Below the pieces are notes generated by a model that saw nothing but the letters and a program-made list of their open reading frames with translations, was not told where the DNA came from and searched no databases. Shown piece after piece: positions 11,750-24,220 of a DNA stretch of 64,000 nucleotides (the first letter of the stretch is position 1; the number at the start of each line of letters is the position of its first letter). Origin of the DNA: Octopus sinensis (Eukaryota); NCBI RefSeq assembly GCF_006345805.1, contig NC_042998.1:113770001-113834000 (forward strand). Reading direction: 5' to 3'. The translations under genes were made by a program, and so were the position numbers.

Positions 11750-12028
11750 CTATACAGTGGAATAGAAATATGGACCTCTTACTTATGAAGCGAACTGTTT
11801 AACTAGTTGGCTATATTGAACCTACCCAATAGCAGAGCACAGAAAAGTACAATACACTGTAACACAGGACTGTAGAATAGCAAATAAGAAGAAAATAACG
11901 AGAAATTAGGGAAAATAATAACAATACTAATACAAGGAAGAAGACGAAAATATAGAGAATTTGTAGATGAAAGAAGATAAAGAAAGTGTGTGTGTGTGTG
12001 AGAGTGAGAGAGAAGAAACAGAGAGGAA

Positions 12029-12499
12029 GAGAGCGGGAAAGAGGTGGTCTTGTACAGTGACTATCTGATTATGTAACTAGACCTTGTGGAATATGCATCA
12101 AGCTGGTTGTTAACACATTTGCCGGCCATTATAGAAGTTTTTCACCATCTCGGTTTCTCTTTTAGACACAAGTAATTTACAGAGAGATCAGTAGCAAATT
12201 TAGGAAGTGAATGTCTGAGCGAGGGTTAAGCCAGGTCGATACTAATATTAAATATACCATCATTAAATTCTGGCATTATTTTCCGTAACTCGGCGTGTTC
12301 TTTTGTAATCTTCACATTTCCTTTTTATTTCTTTTTGATTTTCGTCGGTATTACATAAAATAAATGTTTGATGTTTAAATAAATACCATTGCTACAAACT
12401 AAAACTAGCAATAAATAAGCATACAACCAAGAAATTTATCAGGCGGTAAATTAGATAAAAAAAATGTATATAAAAACATAAATTTCGTGTTAATTAGTC
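12029..12499. repeat. Local duplication, copy 2
   Basis: See 9061-9551. Confidence 0.95.
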
Positions 12500-12798
12500 A
12501 GAACGTTAACGAAACATTTCACTGTCGAGTAATTCATGAAATATAACTGAGACAAGAAAATAGCAACAATAACAAAACAGCAACAATATAAACAAGAGGA
12601 ACAACTTTTAAGATTCGACAAAGGGAATTATCGTTTTGAAGTGCAGTAGAGTACAGTGCAACAGATCAAAGTACTTTAGAGTAAAATATTCTAGAATAGA
12701 GTACACTCACAACAATATTATACAGTGCAAAACATTGACAGAGCTCAGTATAGTGTAGCACAACACGGTACGATAAAATACAGCCCAATATCATGCAA

Positions 12799-13632
12799 TC
12801 TACTACATACGTGGAAAATTCTGTCTGTGGGTGTGTTTGTTAAGTTGTTAGCTAACTCTTCCTACATCGTTTTATCGATTTTGATGAACCTTGACGCATG
12901 AGTAGAACTCAGTTATGGAAACCGTAGGGCATACTCAGATTGTTGAAAACTCGATAATAGAGCCACTGGAAGGGATCCTTATATGTATCTAATAAATATC
13001 CTTTTAACAGCCAAAGGGGCATACTCTATTCGTTCGGTATAAATCACATTGAGTATGCTTATTTCTTAGTATTTGAACTGTTAGAGTTATTTTCGCAATC
13101 TATCCAGTAAAACCCTTAAACAAGAAAATAGTATTTTCCTAAACAATAGATCTATTTATTTCGGTTAGTGACTTATTCCCGAATATACCAGCACTAGAGC
13201 AGCTGAGGGTAATATTCTCTGGGAACGCACAAAAGCCCTTTTCAGAGTTCTTTACTTTGAATTGTTATTATCTGATTAGCCTGTTATTAACGTAACATGC
13301 TCCACGATTTTAGTATACATACCATATTAGTATTTCCTTATAAGTTCTATATACTCTGGGAACGCATTAAAGCCCTTTTCCAGGCTCCTTTATTTCAATT
13401 CTTAGTATCGGGTAACTAATTTCATATTATTACATAAGTGACTTCACAATTTGGTTATTCATAAAAACAAAATCCTGTGTAAGACAGTTCGGTATCCTCT
13501 ATAAATGCGCAAAACCGTTTTAAGGGCTACATGCTTTGTATTGTTATTATTGGATTAGTGAAACAATTATGAGAACGGAACCAAGGGAAAAGACCCGCTT
13601 TCCCGGAAATTACCGGGTATGTAAAATACTAA
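12799..13632 (+). mobile_element. Non-autonomous Helitron with internal subrepeats
   Basis: A|TCTACTACATACG..TCTGTCTGT start. 3' hairpin CCCGG-AAATTA-CCGGG (13602-13617) then CTAA (13629-13632). About three diverged internal units (ctctgggaacgca..aagcccttttc). The 3' flank is A rather than the expected T. Confidence 0.65.
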
Positions 13633-14144
13633 ACACGGCATCACAGTATAATACTGTGCAATACAGTACAGTTTGAAAACATAGAACAGAGTACAATACT
13701 TTAGTAAAGAAAAGAATATCCTTTCAGAAGACGCTATGACTTGGCTTCAGGCAACATGCTTTTGTTAATTGCTTCAGGTGCCTGTGTACTCTCGAGCATA
13801 GCCATCATTTCGGTTTCTCAACATTTGATCCAGAAGCACTTGGAGGACGTTACAGTTGTATGTATATACGTATTTTCAAAAAAATTGCTCGCAACTTTTA
13901 TTTTTCATATCGTTCAAGTGGTATTTCGATACAACTGTGATGGAACACTTGATTGATCTAACCAAGCAGTGCATAAAGTATTATTTATAGTATATTAGAA
14001 ATAGATTCGTACTTATAACACTGCTCTCCAGATAAGTTTTACATGCAAACATCCTAATACGGAAACAACCTACAGAAATTACTGAATTTCTTCGTACGAA
14101 ACTTTTTCATTGCAGTTTGTCTCAAATAAGATACTGTACGTCAG

Positions 14145-14300
<156 letters not shown>

Positions 14301-14399
14301 GTTGAAGTGGTATGTTGATACAACTGTGATGGAACACTTGATTGATCTAACCAATCAGTGCATAAAGTATTACGTATATAATATATATATCTATATATA

Positions 14400-14557
14400 C
14401 GACGGTCTTCTTTCCGTTTCCGTCTACCAAATCCACTCACAAGGCCCTGGTGTCGACCCGAGGGCTATACTAGAGGAGACTTGCCCAAAGAGTCACGCAG
14501 TGGGACTGAACACGGAGCCATGTTATTGGGAAGCAAGCTTCTTATCGCACAGCCACA
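14400..14557 (-). mobile_element. 5' half of CORE-like SINE (type C)
   Basis: gacggtcttctttccgtttccgtctaccaaatccactcacaagg..acttgcccaaagagtcacgcagtgggactgaac. Confidence 0.85.
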
Positions 14558-14589
14558 ATATATATATGTAATATATATAACTGATATAT

Positions 14590-14620
<31 letters not shown>

Positions 14621-14832
14621 TATATATAAAACGATTTCTGTTCAATCTGCGTTCAGCTCCATTTCTTCAATTCACCAATAATGTTTTAATTTCAATTATC
14701 CGCACCAACGCACGGTTGCAACGCCAGATGGTTGTACCTCCAACCGTGCTGTTACTGCTGTGATTTTTGCTACTAAGGTATCGGTTAACTCTTGATTAAT
14801 CTACAACAAGATTATTCATCTTTCTATTTCAC

Positions 14833-14872
<40 letters not shown>

Positions 14873-15995
14873 ATTTATATTTATATATATATACATATAT
14901 ATATAATTCATGTATATATATATATAACTTTGTTATAATTTTCTGAAATATATTAGCTACTGCAACTAAATGTGTATTTATATAAAACTAGGGTGCGCAT
15001 ATAAAGTGCGTTATGACAACACTGACAAATTATTGTTAAAAAAGGGATCTATTTATCTATTGTATTTGTGTAATTTGATTTTCTGTAACAAGTTTCATTA
15101 ATGTATCGATGCATATATTCTTACACCCATACTAAACACATGACGCACACACATGCATGTATCCACACATACACAGACGTGTGTGCATGTGTGTGTGCGT
15201 GTGGTGTATGTGCACGCGTGTATGGCGCGCCTGTATTTTGATACATAAATATGGATATGTATATATGTACAACCATAAATATATAGACACACATGCATGT
15301 ACACGCACACACACACAGATACACACACACACATACACACACACATACAAGTACACTCATGCACCCATAAATATAGGATGTGCATGTATGTACGCATGCT
15401 AGGATATTTCTCTTTCGATAGGCAAAACGATATCAAGCTACTAATTTTGTTGATTAGTTGGTTACATACATACTTACGTACACACATACCCACTTATACA
15501 TGCATACATACATTTATGCATACACACGCACATACATACTACATACATACATACATATCTATCTATATATGTATATATATACATATATACATACGTACTT
15601 AATTGTGTGTACAGAAACGAATGCGCGCACGTAACCACATACATACGCATAAAAACACCCAATTTATATACAGGGGAATAAATGATTTTACCATGAAAAA
15701 ATTATAAAAAAGATAAATAGCTGATAACGTAATGAAAAAAAATTGTAATAAATATAATTCGACGCCATTTTTTTTTGATATTTCTATATAAAACATGTCA
15801 TTGAAGGTGTCAATTTCCAGCACCTAAAGTCGGTATTCACGAAATGTGCAAAAAAAAAAAAAAAGAGGAAAGAAACAATATTGATATGCATAGGTATCTC
15901 TATCTTTCTCTCCTACTCGTTTATATATATAAACCTATGTGTGCGTATATATATATATATACATTCATAAACACACATATATAAATATATAATAA

Positions 15996-16034
<39 letters not shown>

Positions 16035-17279
16035 TCTATGTGTGTGTATATTTATTTATGTACAAACATACATTCATAAACGCACATATGTAGATATATA
16101 ATTAACAATATATATATATATATATATGTGTGTGTACATAATGTGTATATTATCTGTGTATGTATTCATGTATCTATCTACACATATACACACACACACA
16201 CACACATAAATATATGTACATGTCCATATTTATATGTATCGAAATACATTCACACACATGTACATGTGTATGTGCGTATGTGTGTTAGTTCGGGCGAGTG
16301 TATGTGTGATTTCCGATACATTTAAAAATATGCTTCCTAGTTAACGTATTTAATTATCTAAATAACGTTCGTTACATGTACGTGGTCATATTGTACTTAG
16401 TCTTAGATTTTGTGGGAAGAAGAGAGAGAGCTGGATGAAAGGAAGAAAGGAAGTGAAAAAAAACACGAAGGAACAGAAATAGGAAACCTGAAAAAAAACA
16501 AAGAAGAAAAATGGAGGATACAGAAAAATAAAGTAAAGAAGCATAACAGAAATGCGGGATTAATGCGGATTTTTAAGAATATTAAAAGAAAAAAGAAATG
16601 ATAGGAGATATAGGCCGTCGACGTAGAAAGAAAGGCAGAGATATGTAGAACGATATTGATATTATCTGCAGAAATATATAGTTCGATAAACAATTAGATA
16701 ACGACATTGTAACAGAAAGTAAATACCACTATAACTGCAATAAACGTGTGTAGTGACCCCCTACGCAATCGTTAGACCTGTTAGAAATAACCTCAAACTA
16801 CGTCTTAAATATATGACGTATTGAGCAGTGTATTTCCTATCACAGGAAAGAGAGAATGCTCACGGTATGATCGTCTTTGATTAGTGGACTGCTAAACAGG
16901 TATGAGCTTGGGCTGAATAAAAGTAACAATGAAACAGGGAAACACCGAGAGGAATGCTTTGAAGCTGTTTGTTCATCTAAGAATATTAACCACGTCTTCG
17001 CCGTACCGCAAACTACCGTGTGAAATAAAGAAGGGTACATCAGACAATGCAGTCCCCAATATAAAAATATGTGATCAGCTTTGTTAGCAGTTATTCGATC
17101 AAATAAGTAACTGTTGTAATAGCAGCGTGTAAAAATCGAATCAAAATAAATGAATGTTAAATATTTGTTGCTATAAATATTCTGACTTAGGGAAATGTTT
17201 ATGAATTCAAGGCAATTAAAAAATAGGTGTTGAAGTTTAGAAAAGTGATAATTAAGCAAAGAGAAGTCAGGTATACGTT

Positions 17280-17750
17280 TTTTGTTGTTGCTGTTTAGCC
17301 CAAGTCAACTCGTATCGGGTTGATTTATCATTAGAAGCATTCTAGTTGTGTCCTATCCTTCTTTTTTATATTAGGGATCACATTGATCAATATATTTTTC
17401 CTTATTTAAAACGAAAACGTATAATTTGAGGTATATTTGGCTATTATTCCAAAAAGAAATCCAAGCAATCACTTTGAAAGTCTCCAGTCAGATGGTTAGC
17501 TACGTGTATGATTGTGTACCGAGGTTTTGATGTTAGTAAATTAATTTGTGTATCCTTGTTTTTTTATATATTAGGGAGCACATTGACCAATGTATTATTC
17601 ATTATTTAAAACGGTAGAGTATTATCTGAGGTATATTTAGCTACTATCCTAAACAAATGTCCAAGCAATCACTTCGAATATTTCTAGTCAGATGGTTAGC
17701 TACGAGTGTTGTGTGCTGGGGTTTTGATGTGAGTAAATTAATTTGTGTAT
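17280..17750 (-). mobile_element. Degraded SINE-like repeat with (CAA)n tail (type N), containing a 197-bp tandem duplication
   Basis: ttgttgttgctgtttagcccaag..atttgaggtatatttggcta. Relatives at 16760-16815, 28480-28670 and 45700-45900. Duplicated unit at 17354-17550 and 17551-17750. Confidence 0.6.
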
Positions 17751-18299
17751 GGTGGTGAGCAAATCAGAAACTATACAAAAGTGAATCGGGGACATCTCGG
17801 AGAGAAAATTAAAATTAAAAAAAAAAAAAATACTAAATCCTAATTCCAAGGTAATACTATAATGGTGTGTGTTGGAAAAGAATCGTTCATATAATTTAAA
17901 AAGTGATATGAGGTTACATGTCGTGAGATGAGAAAAGTGCATTCTGATGTCTCAAGCCGAGATATTCTTCCGAGAAGAAAAAGCAGAACAAAAATAAGTG
18001 GAAGAAGTGAAGGAAAAGAACAGCAGGAGAATAATGAATAGGCGGGAAAGAATTCGAGATTAATGATGAGGAAAATCTGGTGAAGAAGAAAGAAAAGATA
18101 TGATGAAAAGACGGAGTAAGGAGAGACGTAATAGAAAACAAAAAAGGATTGGTTGTGAATGCTATGGAAATAGGAAGGAACTGTTTGGTGAAGATAGTAA
18201 CATTATCAGTTTGGTAATTCTAGTTCCACTTAACTATTTTATATATTTCACTTTCGAGGCCATATCTAGAATTCATCTATCGGTAAGTTTAACACCCAC

Positions 18300-19050
18300 C
18301 TGAACCTTATGCCTAACTTCCTTTGATGCAATGGCGGAGATGTGGTGGATATATCTAATGTTTTTCGAGACACACTAGAACGAGAATATATAAAAAAATT
18401 CTTAAGAATAATAGAACTAAGTGCGTGAAAAATGGACCTCAGCAGGGGCAGATAATTCGTCGGACATCGTTGTAATTCTCGAGAGGGTATTTTATTCTCT
18501 ATTGTTTACATTTCAGACAGGTATTTGAAATATATAGCAGATTAACTCTAAGATATACTCAACAGCTGAGAAGTAAGGATGTAGATAACCTCCGAGATAC
18601 ATAGCTGATTTCACGGAGATAGACAACAAATAATCTGAGCGATTTCAATAATTTGAAATAGGAAAATCATCTAGAAATTAAATCGTCTGGGAGGTACCAT
18701 AATATTTAGATGACAGAGTAGATACTCTGATACATAAGTAGTAGTTCATATGGGAAACGCTAGGTTACTATAGAGAAACAAAATCATTCGAAAAAAAGAA
18801 ACTACATGGGAAGTAAGTAATCTGGAAGACGGCAGATTTCCTGCTGTCTTCAGATCATGTAGAAGATTGTAGAATGTCAGAGATATCAGAACATCTTGGA
18901 CGACTATCGATGAGTTGTGAAAGAGTTAAACGAGATATTCAGACGTTCAAAAAAATTTCACGAAAATGACTTGTATTACAAACGGGTGTGATATACAGCA
19001 TATATATGGTTAACGCTATCCTCATTGACTGATGTCCATCTGCAAGGATT
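18300..19050 (+). mobile_element. Heavily degraded RTE-clade LINE RT fragment
   Basis: VDNLR--DT*LIS resembles INNLRYADDTTLIA; DIRTSWT resembles ILRISWT. Many stops and frameshifts. Confidence 0.45.
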
Positions 19051-19074
19051 TCACTACATCATAGTCAACAGCAT

Positions 19075-19160
19075 TGGGGTCGATGTAGTCGACTAATGAC
19101 CACCTCAAAATTTCAGGCCTTGTGCCTATAGTAAAAAAGGATTATTTTTACTATTATTAT
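19075..19160 (+). mobile_element. 3' end of type-M SINE with (ATT)n tail
   Basis: ttggggtcgatgtagtcgact..aaaatttcaggccttgtgcctatagtaaaaaaggattatt. Confidence 0.75.
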
Positions 19161-19264
19161 TCTTTTTAACTCAAGTTTTGTTGGAACTTCTGGAGTCTGG
19201 CATGCTGGCATGCGTAGTAGGTTGCTATTTGCTGCCTACGCTACCATGCACTCTGTTCATTTCA

Positions 19265-19265
<1 letters not shown>
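19161..19265 (-). mobile_element. R4/Dong 3' UTR fragment (subfamily B)
   Basis: Homologous to the 3' UTR at 21650-21750 (..GACTCCAGAAGTTCCAACAAAA..AAAAAGAATAATAA). Confidence 0.75.
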
Positions 19266-19343
<78 letters not shown>

Positions 19344-19392
19344 AACAACAACAACAACAACAACACAACAACAACAACAACAACAACTACTA

Positions 19393-21415
19393 CGTATTTT
19401 TCTGTCAAGTTTACATATTTCAGTAATTGGCCAGTTAATGATATTGAAACTGTAAGTCACGACTGGTATGGCTAAAGCATTCATTGCTTCGATCCTGTTT
19501 CTTGAATTCAGCTCTGTCTTCAATATTGCTCTCACCCTGCGATAACATTCTCTTCTGATCCTTTCCCTCATCACTGTATGTTTGATTCCGTCCCTTTCAA
19601 TTACCGCTAGGTATTTGTAGCTCTTCCCTGGTTCTAACTCTTTTATAACATTCTGCTGGTTAGTGTTAACGTTAGATGTTTCTGTCAATTTTTCTTTGAT
19701 AAAGGTAGCTTTTGCACATTTATCGAGGCCAAATTGCATCCTGATGTCTTCACTGAATTGTTTAACAATCGATAGTAAGCCCTTGAGTTCTTGGTCATTT
19801 TTTGCAAATAGTTTTAAATCATCCATGTAAATGAGATGATTTATATTTTTATCAAACATTTTATAACCGTACTGTGCATCATTGAGCAATTTTGAGAGAA
19901 GTATTAAGGCTAGACAAAAAGGGAGTGGTGATAGTGCGTCACTCTGGAAAATGCCACATAAAATTGCTACATCTCCAGCATTTAGAGATTCATTGTCACT
20001 TTTCAAAGTCCGTATAGATCTCCATGATCTCATACTTACAGTCAAAAAGTTTCGCAGAGTAGGAGCTATTTTATACATTTCCAGACATTTCTTAATCCAG
20101 CTATGTGGTGGGCTATCAAAAGCTATTTTACAGTCTATCTAGGCTATTGACAAGTTTTTGTGTCGTTTGGGACAATCTTCTAAGATCATCTTATTGATGA
20201 GTAGCTGATCTTTACAACGATAAGATCCACGTTTACATCCTTTTTGCTCATTAGGGAATATGCTACTTTCTATTAAAAAACTATAGATGTTAACGTTTTA
20301 TACATTGTTTTTAAGCAGGTTATGGGTTGATAATTTTTTTATTCATTTGTTTCTTCATCTTTTGAAAGTAGGGATGTTAAACCATTAACTAGCCAAGAGG
20401 GGATCATACTAGGATGTTGCAAAACATCGTTGTAAACTTTTTAGTAGTTCATAGCCCTCTGGGAAGGCATTCAACCCGAAGTTAGGAATTTTATCCTTTC
20501 CTGGAGACTTCTATTTGCTTGACCTAAGAGCAGATCTTATATCTTCTACCTTGATACCCTATCAATACAAGGGGCCTCATTGTATGTTTTTACTTCTGCC
20601 CAGATTTTATTCCAAAATTCCTGCACTTCTTCTTTTGATGGGACAGACTTTACTGTAATTGGTATCTTCCCTATCTTCCTGTAAAAATGTTTGGGTTATT
20701 TTTGAACATGTTGTCCTTGAAGAATTGAACGCGCTTTTCATACCTGGCTATGCGGGCAGCTTTAGCACATACCTTTTGCTTAATGGTTTCTATGGTGGTA
20801 TCAATATCAAATATGGTTTTCATATACCTTTCTTTAATTTTCGGGTTTTTGTAGGTTTGATAGTCTTGTTAAACTTAAGGTTTTTCAAACATTCTATGTC
20901 AGACCTAAGTAGCTTAATTTGGTGTTGAATACGCTCTTGCCAAGAAGGCATTTTGTCGGAATGTTGTCGTTTTCTAATCTTTTCACCACATAGAATCGTT
21001 GAGATTTTCGCGGAGCATAGTACGGGTAGTTGAGATCTGTAATATCATCATCATTAGCTGAAATTATATCCTTAAGTGCAAGGCGGATTTTACCAATTAT
21101 TTTCAGGTTTTGCTTAGAATTGCGAATTTCTGGGAGAGTATCGCGTTCATTCATGCTGGTTTCTTTAATTTTCAACCACTCAATCATGATTTGATTTTTT
21201 AGATCATGTAGTTCTGCTGGGTCAATTTATGTGTGACTTTCTTCATCTATTTGATTTTCATCTGCCTTAGTGTTTATGGTTGGTTCAGAAAGTATTTCAT
21301 TTGCTTATTAGTTATATTAACTCTTTCAATCATTACGGCATTTTCATCAGCCCTGGGCTGGTCTATAATTATTTCCTCTGTAGTATCTTCTTTAGCTGCA
21401 ACTTCATTCTTTTAT
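19393..21415 (-). mobile_element. R4/Dong-clade non-LTR retrotransposon, disrupted ORF with reverse transcriptase
   Basis: GIFQSDALSP..LFCLAL, HLIYMDDLKLFA, FGLDKCA, YKYL, IPVVTYSFNIINW motifs. Upstream NYQPITCL and AFDS motifs with stops and frameshifts. Confidence 0.92.
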
Positions 21416-21419
21416 CCCT

Positions 21420-21626
<207 letters not shown>

Positions 21627-21649
21627 AAACAACTGATTATTACTATTAT

Positions 21650-21925
21650 TTCTTTTTATCGCAGATTTTGTTAGAACTCCTGGAGTCTTGCATATGTAGC
21701 GGGCTTGCTACCTGCAGCCTACGGTTCCATGCTATCTGCTCTTTCCAACTATCTAATACTTTCCTGGTTATTCTGGTCATGCCAAGGAGGCAAACCTTTT
21801 GTAATAGTTCTACTGGGCACTCTATTCCAATTTCCTTTATATTCCTCTTGATGCCTTCTGATATTGTACCTAATGACCCAACAATAATTGGTGCTATCTT
21901 CACCTGCATTTTCCGTACCCGGGCT
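21650..21925 (-). mobile_element. R4/Dong 3' fragment (subfamily B), end of the restriction-like endonuclease
   Basis: VKIAPIIVGSLGTI..ELLQKVCLLGMTRITRKVL then 3' UTR and AAT tail. Confidence 0.88.
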
Positions 21926-21929
21926 ATTT

Positions 21930-21999
21930 CGTTATTATCATCATCATCATCATCACCACCACAACCACCACCACCACTACCACCACCACCACCACCACC

Positions 22000-22076
<77 letters not shown>

Positions 22077-22151
22077 TACTATTATCATTATTATTATCAT
22101 TATTATTATTATTATTACTACTACTATTATTATCATTATTATTATTATTAA

Positions 22152-22210
<59 letters not shown>

Positions 22211-22234
22211 TATTATTATTACTATTATTATTAT
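21930..22234. repeat. Compound (TCA)(CCA)(TCA)(TTA)n
   Basis: Direct reading. Confidence 0.95.
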
Positions 22235-23340
22235 TGAGTGAGAGAGTACTTGAAACCAGACAATAAAAATTCACCAAAGGTTTCATGTAGTGCCTTCGCC
22301 TGTGACTCAAAAAGACAACAGTCTCCTTAGAATGCGAGTTGTACCCAAGAATGCTGTCTTCTGGATCACCTCGAGCCTGACAGCAGCTCCAATATTCTTA
22401 ATATGCCTTTCAAAGGCCTTGGAAACTGCTCCTAATGCTCCAGTTACCACCGGTATCACTATTATTTCTCCATGCCCCATAACTTTCCTATTTCATCCTG
22501 CAGTGCTAGGCATTTCTCAATCTTTTCTGCTTCCTTACATTTCACCTCAAATCGCCTGGTATCGCAACAACTATTATCTTAACTTCTTCTTTATGAATGA
22601 GCGCGATATCTAGTCGTCTCGCTTCTATGACTTGGTCGCAGTGCATGTTAAAAACCCAGAGTTTTTTTTTTAATGTTTATTTTCCATTACTCCCTCTGGC
22701 TTGTGTTCATACCATTTTTCGGCTCTCTCGAGGTTTGCTTTACTATACAACAGCTAGTGGACATATCTGGTCACAATGTCGTGTCTCCTTTTGTATTCGT
22801 GTTGTGTGAGCTTACAGCAATCACTAACAATATAGCTTATACTTTCTCCCTTCTCAGAGAATATCGTACACTGTGGCGAGTCAGTGTTTTTATCAATGTG
22901 ATATTTGGAGTAGCTTCTTCTTGAGCGCTGCAGCCATTGCCAGGTTCTATTCAAATCAGAATCATCCTTATTCTTCAAAACTTGATAGTGCATTTTCTTG
23001 TCCTGCCAAATTTTCTTCATCTGCTCTCTCTGGTCTTTCTTAAATCGTGTTGGATCTACGGTTTCGTTCACTTTTAAGGTTCCCTACATTTTCACTGCTT
23101 CAATCATTTCTTCTTTAGTCCCCTTGACATACTAAGTCAGGCTATTCTCCTCTTCCCTTACACAACCTTCACAATGCACCAATCCCCGTCCTCCTTCTTT
23201 TCTCTTTACATACAATCTTGACACATCACTCTTGGAGTGTAGTTCCTTGTTCGTTCTCACTAATTTACGTGTTCTCCGGTCTATCTTTTGTAATTAATGC
23301 TTCTTCCAAGATACTATTGTTGCCCCATTATACCATGATT
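22235..23340 (-). mobile_element. R4/Dong 3' fragment (subfamily A): RT tail, zinc knuckle, RLE
   Basis: RLYVKRKEGGRGL; QC..GESISYIVSDC..EYKRRHD; IPVVTGALGAV..IQKTAFLGTTRILR. Ends CTCTCTCACTCA(ATA)n. Confidence 0.9.
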
Positions 23341-23406
23341 ATTCATCATGGTCAATCATATCATCCTTATCCCATCCATCATCACCACCACTACCACCAC
23401 CACCAA

Positions 23407-23439
<33 letters not shown>

Positions 23440-23583
23440 AATTAATATCATTGTTATCAGTATTGTTATAATCATTACAATAATACTGTTATCAGTATTA
23501 TTATAAATATAATTATGATTTTCCTCATCATAATTTAGCATTAATATCATTATAATTAGCATCCTCATCCACATTGTTATTGC

Positions 23584-23634
<51 letters not shown>

Positions 23635-24191
23635 GGAGTAAGAGAGCAGTGCATACCATCAAAGTGATACTGAGGCAAAGTATACGAAGTCCAGTATACC
23701 CATCTCGACGACCCGTCTGATAAGGGTACACCAGGCACATGCCACACAACCATATGTGCGTGACATAGTGATTTCATATCAAGATTAACAGCACATGATC
23801 TTGCAAGTAGGGCCCAATTAGAATTTTTTTCATGTTGAGTAGTCCATCCCGCTCAACAGGTCCCTGAATAAGGGTTGTTTAAAAATGTTGAACGAAACAC
23901 CCATGTTTCCAAAGGTGAATTATCCAAACCCAAAGAATTCCTCTCAACACATGACTATGATGCACTCCCACTACTCCTGCTCATGATAGAGATGCACATA
24001 TCGTCAGCCACTAAGGGACATGCTCAACTGGTTAACGTCAAACAACTGACAAGCAAATCTGTGGTATTGAGCAGAATATTTGGTGTAGCCCAACTTTTAT
24101 ACCAAGACAAAACAATATACATGATAACACTTCCAATCAGTTGATATTAGAAACCATGAAAGCTACCGCTTGGTATCGCACCAGGGCATTT
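23635..24191 (-). mobile_element. ~560-bp non-coding unit-length element, copy 1
   Basis: Same 5' (AAATGCCCTG) and 3' boundaries as 25632-26190; (TAA)n on both sides. Confidence 0.88.
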
Positions 24192-24220
24192 ATTATCAAT
24201 ATTATTATTATTATTATTAT

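Noticed and set aside
16851-16904. 54-nt segment with good acceptor and donor sites on the + strand
   Set aside because: Stops in all three frames and no supporting neighbours; could only be a non-coding exon
16840-17259. 139-aa minus-strand ORF
   Set aside because: Non-ATG start, AT-biased composition, no recognisable motif
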